From: an uncultured archaeon | GTDB lineage: Archaea > Aenigmatarchaeota > Aenigmatarchaeia > Aenigmatarchaeales > Aenigmatarchaeaceae | Assembly (NCBI GenBank): GCA_964353745.1 | Contig: CAYGWD010000001.1 | Location: 3,440-67,439 of the forward strand | Reading direction: 5' to 3' | DNA length: 64,000 bases | Shown here: positions 59,962 through 64,000 of the stretch, in pieces | Layout of the letters: the number at the start of each line of letters is the position of its first letter | Numbering within the stretch: the first letter of the stretch is position 1 | Program-made: the position numbers and the translations under genes | Notes under the pieces: model-generated | Told to the model about the DNA's origin: nothing | What the model saw: only the letters and a program-made list of their open reading frames with translations | Database searches by the model: none

Positions 59962-60786
59962 ATGAATTACAAACTGATGGCGCTAATCCCTATAATTATT
60001 CTGATTATAAGTGCTATTTACCTGTTTTTCCTAATAGAGAACAATCAGATATTGTTGGATATAGACTTCAAGGGAGGAACACAAATATTCGCAGAGTCTG
60101 ACAAAGCAATAGACGCGAATGCATTAAAAGATGTGTTAAAGCAGTATGATGCTAACGTTAGGGTTGCAAGAAGTATAACAAACTATGCTATTTTTATTGA
60201 TTTTGACCCTAGCATAAAACCTGAAAGCGTTCTAAGCACTTTACAAAAAAATAATTATGATTTTAAAAGCTATTCCGTGCAAACAATAGGACCTGTTCTA
60301 GGCTCTAGCTTCTTTCAGCAGGCATTAATCGTATTGGCTTTTTCTTTCTTATTAATGGCTATTACAGTTTTCATAATGTTTAGAAACCCAATGCCAAGCA
60401 TTTTTATGATTTTAACAGTGCTTGCAGATTTAACAGAGACTGTAGTGCTTATGCAAATAATCGGGATAAAGCTTTCTATAGCAACTTTTGCAGCCTTACT
60501 ATTATTGATAGGTGCCGCGGTAGGAGATAATGTAATGTTCACAACAAGACTTTTGAAAAGCAACCCGAAGGATCATGATACGATAATTAAAAAGACTTTC
60601 AAAACCGGTATCACTATGTTTGGCGCTGTTCAGGTTGCTTTTGCATCCTTGCTCTTAATATCCGGTTCTGCCGTGATAACCCAGATAGCTGCCATCTCTA
60701 TAATTGGAGGAACCTTAGACCTTATGAATTCATGGGCATTAAATCTTGGTTTGCTGATGTTGCACATAAAGAGGAAGATTAAATGA
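59962..60786 (+). CDS. secF: protein-export membrane protein SecF
   Basis: N-terminal TM, periplasmic DFKGGTQIF, and a six-TM C-terminal core. ATGA overlap with secD. Confidence 0.8.
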   Translation: MNYKLMALIPIIILIISAIYLFFLIENNQILLDIDFKGGTQIFAESDKAIDANALKDVLKQYDANVRVARSITNYAIFIDFDPSIKPESVLSTLQKNNYDFKSYSVQTIGPVLGSSFFQQALIVLAFSFLLMAITVFIMFRNPMPSIFMILTVLADLTETVVLMQIIGIKLSIATFAALLLLIGAAVGDNVMFTTRLLKSNPKDHDTIIKKTFKTGITMFGAVQVAFASLLLISGSAVITQIAAISIIGGTLDLMNSWALNLGLLMLHIKRKIK

Positions 60787-62699
60787 AACTTGATTTTTTA
60801 AAACATTTGTTAAGAGAATGGAAAGTTTCGCTAGTCTTGATATGCGTGATAGGCTCGCTCATATTAATAGCGCCTAATCCCTTTTCAAAGGGTGTTGTTG
60901 TCACATCAATAACCAGCACCTCTCCTCTTTTAGGAAAATTACAAGTTGGGGAGGCAATAACATGGGCGAATGAAAAAGATATAAATTCCCCTGAAGACCT
61001 TTTGGCGTTTGAAAATTTTACAGGGACCTTTAGATTCATGCACTCTGGAAAATTAGATTTGGCATATCTAGACGAATCTGGCTTGGGGATATCTGTTGTC
61101 AAAAAGCCTACTTCCAACATACAGTTCGGCATGGACCTGATCGGAGGAACAAGAGTCCTATTAAAGCCTAAGGGCGTTGTAAGCGACGCAGTTATTCAAC
61201 AGATCATAAGCATACTAGAGACAAGGATAAACGTTTTCGGTTTGAAAGAGGTAACGTTCCAACCAATAAAAGACTTCTCCGGTAACAGTTACATACAAGT
61301 AGAAATGGCTGGCGGTTCAAGGGAGGACATGGAAAATTTATTGGCAAAGGAAGGCAAGTTCGAAGGCAAAATAGAAAGGATAGTCAGTCTTAAAAACAAC
61401 ACTGGCTCCTTTTTACTAAATGGAAAAACATATTCCCTGAGGATTGATAATAATAACACCTACATTGGCAACATCTCATTAATCGGGAACCAAACAGTTA
61501 AAATTGATAATATAGATGTCCAGAATTACAACATGACCAATGATACTGCTGTTATAATGCTTACCGCATTCACGGGAAGCGACATTCAGTCTGTCTGCCT
61601 GCAAAACCAGCCTGGAATCTGCACAAACCAGATTATAAAAAGTGGCAACGGATGGGAATTTAATTTCCAGGTATTCATAACTCAAAGAGGTGCCGAAAGA
61701 TTCGCCAACCTGACAAAAGATATGAATGCCATTACAGATCCTAGCAGCGGAACAAAATATTTGGACGGCAAAATTTATCTTTTCTTGGATGAAAGTTTAG
61801 TAACATCTCTCTCAATAGCAGCCGACCTGAAAGGCAAAGCTTATACAACTCCTGCAATAACCGGCTTCAGGACAACAAGAGACGATGCCTTGAAAGAACA
61901 ATTAACACTAGAAGGTATTTTACAATCCGGTTCATTGCCTGTTAGCTTGGAAATAACAAGGATTGATCAGATATCACCCGCTTTAGGAGAAGAATTTATC
62001 AATGCAACTATACTTTCCGCTTTAGTCGCTGCCCTGGCAGTTTCTGTTATTCTTTTTATAAGATATAGAAGCTTTAAGATTTTGATACCGAACATGCTCT
62101 GGAGCTTTTTTGAAATAGTATTAACCCTAGGTGCTGCAACATTAATAAGATGGACTATCGATTTGTCCTCCATTGCTGGATTAATAGCAGCAATAGGCCA
62201 AGGAACAAACGATCAGGTTATGATTATCGATGAGGCAATAGAAGGCGGAACCGGAGAAGAGAATAAAATCTTCACGATAAAAGAAAGACTAAAAAGAGCG
62301 TTCTTTATTGTTGTTGGCTCTGCTGTTGTTATAATGATGTCTGTCGTGCCTATGATATTTATTGGCATAGGAGTTATGAAGGGATTTGCCATAACAACTT
62401 TGCTAGGAACTTTTATCGGAGCTATTTTAACGAGACCAGCATTTTCATTAGTAGCTCAGAAAGTATTGGAAGGCAGGGTTGAAAAGAAGCTAGAAAAGAA
62501 AATCGAAAGCGACGCAAGCAAAAAAATAGTTGAGCCTGAGAAAGTAAAAGAGGAGATAATAAAGAAGGAATGGAACAAATTGTTGGATATGGCATCGAAA
62601 GAACTGTACAACAGGCCCTTTAACGAATTAGCAGCTGAAGAAAAGGCGGAAGTTAAGAAAATATTATCAGAAACCGAAGAAAAAGAAACTAAGCATTAA
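60783..62699 (+). CDS. secD: protein-export membrane protein SecD
   Basis: Large periplasmic domain. Conserved IDLSSIAGLIAAIGQGTNDQVMIIDE TM core. K/E-rich C-terminal tail. Confidence 0.8.
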   Translation: MKLDFLKHLLREWKVSLVLICVIGSLILIAPNPFSKGVVVTSITSTSPLLGKLQVGEAITWANEKDINSPEDLLAFENFTGTFRFMHSGKLDLAYLDESGLGISVVKKPTSNIQFGMDLIGGTRVLLKPKGVVSDAVIQQIISILETRINVFGLKEVTFQPIKDFSGNSYIQVEMAGGSREDMENLLAKEGKFEGKIERIVSLKNNTGSFLLNGKTYSLRIDNNNTYIGNISLIGNQTVKIDNIDVQNYNMTNDTAVIMLTAFTGSDIQSVCLQNQPGICTNQIIKSGNGWEFNFQVFITQRGAERFANLTKDMNAITDPSSGTKYLDGKIYLFLDESLVTSLSIAADLKGKAYTTPAITGFRTTRDDALKEQLTLEGILQSGSLPVSLEITRIDQISPALGEEFINATILSALVAALAVSVILFIRYRSFKILIPNMLWSFFEIVLTLGAATLIRWTIDLSSIAGLIAAIGQGTNDQVMIIDEAIEGGTGEENKIFTIKERLKRAFFIVVGSAVVIMMSVVPMIFIGIGVMKGFAITTLLGTFIGAILTRPAFSLVAQKVLEGRVEKKLEKKIESDASKKIVEPEKVKEEIIKKEWNKLLDMASKELYNRPFNELAAEEKAEVKKILSETEEKETKH

Positions 62700-62747
62700 A
62701 TAATGATAAAGGAAAAATTTAAATTCGTTTTTCTCTAATTATTTATT

Positions 62748-63020
62748 ATGAATAGCTTTCAATTGGAAAGCCTAGTAAAGGTTAAAACCATAGAACAAGT
62801 TAAGAAGCGCAAACCTGGCAAGCCACTTTACAGTCTAAGGAGTTCGGAATGTTACGCTAATTTTCCAGTGCCAACTGAAATTACTGGTATGATAAAGAAA
62901 ATAGAAAACGGAAAATACTTTGTTCAAGTTGGAAATTATGTGGATGGAAAATTTATGCTTTCTGGCAGAACATTAACCTTTACCGAAATTTATATGTCCA
63001 GGTTTGCTAGATTAATCTAA
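62748..63020 (+). CDS. hypothetical protein (90 aa)
   Basis: ORF only. Confidence 0.3.
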   Translation: MNSFQLESLVKVKTIEQVKKRKPGKPLYSLRSSECYANFPVPTEITGMIKKIENGKYFVQVGNYVDGKFMLSGRTLTFTEIYMSRFARLI

Positions 63021-63089
63021 TTTTTTACAGTTTGGAATAAATTTGTTAGCGTTAAATTTCCAGAGTTTATTTTAATGCACCTGTGAAGT

Positions 63090-64000
63090 TTATTTGCTCA
63101 AATCAACTGTACTTCCCATCGAACCTGAAGCAGAAAAATACAGCCTGCCTGAGCATTTTGGGCATTTACCGCTCAAGGTCGGCCTTCTGAAATCCCAACC
63201 ACAGTCAATACATGTAACTGACTCGAACTTCTTTAGAACGGTTTCATCAGGCGAAGCTTTCTTAGCGCCGTTCATTATGTCAAGGAGATTTGTCTGTTTG
63301 ACGCCTTCTATTAATTCAGACGAAGAGACGCCACAGACTTCAAAGATTCTTTCCAATGGCGGCAACAACTGGTTGTAAATATAATACTCAGGGTCTATCT
63401 GCAAATTGTTTTCTTTTACAAAATCAGGGTCTTCGGCCCGCTTTGAGAGCAATTGATTACCTTTTATTATGACATAGCCTAATCTCTCCCCTATCATAGA
63501 CCTAGTCTTGTCCCTTTTCATAATCTTCTTGGCAAGTTCAACATGAGGTTGAATGCCGTCATAAGATTCTAAAGATTTGGTAACTCCTTTTACAATAGTT
63601 AGTTTTTCCAAAGGTATTTCACTTTTAGCCAGCTTTTCTATGATTGTTCTGACATACCTTGAAGCTTTTTTCACGTTCTTTTCCTTCAAAATTATATTGA
63701 GAACTTCGAGAGTCGTTTCCGATGTCAAGTCGCACCAGTCCCTCCTAACAGTCTCTATACCTTTCATTTCCATTTTGTCCGACCACTTCTCTCCATCTTT
63801 TTCAAAGCACCAACCAGCATACCTCTTCTTGGCCTCAATCAAAAAAGTTTTGAAGACCTTTTCAAATTTCAAATCCAAACCATACATGCTATCAGAAATA
63901 AATTTCGAAATTTCCTTGCCGAGCTTTTCTGACTCGTCCTCATTCTTAACATCAGATTTTATAAATACGGAATCAGTGTCCGCATAAATAACTTTTACAG
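63090..64000 (-). CDS. polB: family B DNA polymerase, C-terminal (palm/thumb) part; 5' end lies beyond the window
   Basis: KKRYAG and KGIETVRRDWC thumb motifs. C-terminal CIDCGW...CPKCSG Zn finger. In-frame translation of 63888-64000 upstream of the annotated Met gives VIYADTDSVF (motif C, YxDTDS). Confidence 0.8.
   Translation of the reverse strand, partial: VKVIYADTDSVFIKSDVKNEDESEKLGKEISKFISDSMYGLDLKFEKVFKTFLIEAKKRYAGWCFEKDGEKWSDKMEMKGIETVRRDWCDLTSETTLEVLNIILKEKNVKKASRYVRTIIEKLAKSEIPLEKLTIVKGVTKSLESYDGIQPHVELAKKIMKRDKTRSMIGERLGYVIIKGNQLLSKRAEDPDFVKENNLQIDPEYYIYNQLLPPLERIFEVCGVSSSELIEGVKQTNLLDIMNGAKKASPDETVLKKFESVTCIDCGWDFRRPTLSGKCPKCSGRLYFSASGSMGSTVDLSK

Noticed and set aside
63888-64000. 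Apparent intergenic region upstream of the annotated Met of the last ORF
   Set aside because: In-frame translation continues without a stop and contains the PolB motif YADTDS. The polymerase gene therefore simply runs off the window; this is not a promoter region.
1-64000. CRISPR arrays, rRNA genes, IS elements with recognisable transposases
   Set aside because: No regularly spaced short repeats, no rRNA-like conserved stretches and no DDE/HUH or serine/tyrosine recombinase motifs were seen. AT-rich low-complexity stretches in the intergenic regions are promoter-like, not arrays.

Overview
This is an AT-rich (about one-third GC by eye) chromosomal segment that looks archaeal. The basis is an archaeal-type TyrRS, an aCPSF-like beta-CASP nuclease, RtcA, an AglB/STT3 oligosaccharyltransferase, SecDF and the C-terminal part of a family-B DNA polymerase that runs off the window end. 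Layout: (i) 0-16 kb holds housekeeping genes (serS, tyrS, pyrH, a purine PRTase, MTA phosphorylase, beta-CASP RNase, rtcA). Inside it sits a ~5 kb island of unknown genes plus a processive-type GT2, bracketed by two paralogous tRNA-3'-end-like direct-repeat elements. (ii) 16-24 kb is a cell-surface module. It carries a 1008-aa S8 subtilase ending in a tandem dockerin, co-operonic with a cohesin-like secreted protein. It also has an sHsp and a 921-aa sequon-saturated, repeat-containing membrane-anchored surface (S-layer-like) glycoprotein. (iii) 24-56.4 kb is a very large glycosylation super-cluster, mostly one co-directional minus-strand gene string with overlapping stops and starts. It contains a flippase-like protein, AglB with a variant WWDPG motif, at least seven GT2/GT4 glycosyltransferases, two ArnT/PMT-like GT-C enzymes, three extended-SDR epimerase/dehydratases, a GalU-like nucleotidyltransferase, a short UDP-glucose-dehydrogenase-family protein, two class-I SAM methyltransferases, a UbiA prenyltransferase, and a SPASM radical-SAM enzyme next to a small Cys-rich ORF. 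Most strikingly, it holds seven paralogous B12-binding radical SAM enzymes; one of these is interrupted by a 358-aa LAGLIDADG intein inserted exactly at the radical-SAM cysteine motif. (iv) 56.4-64 kb holds an RHH-nucleotidyltransferase fusion, a truncated LDH/MDH-like domain, a Gfo/Idh/MocA oxidoreductase, a geranylgeranyl-reductase-family flavoprotein, secF-secD and partial polB. I found no rRNA, no CRISPR array and no canonical tRNA. All calls rest on motif-level reading of the supplied ORF translations; no database search was run.
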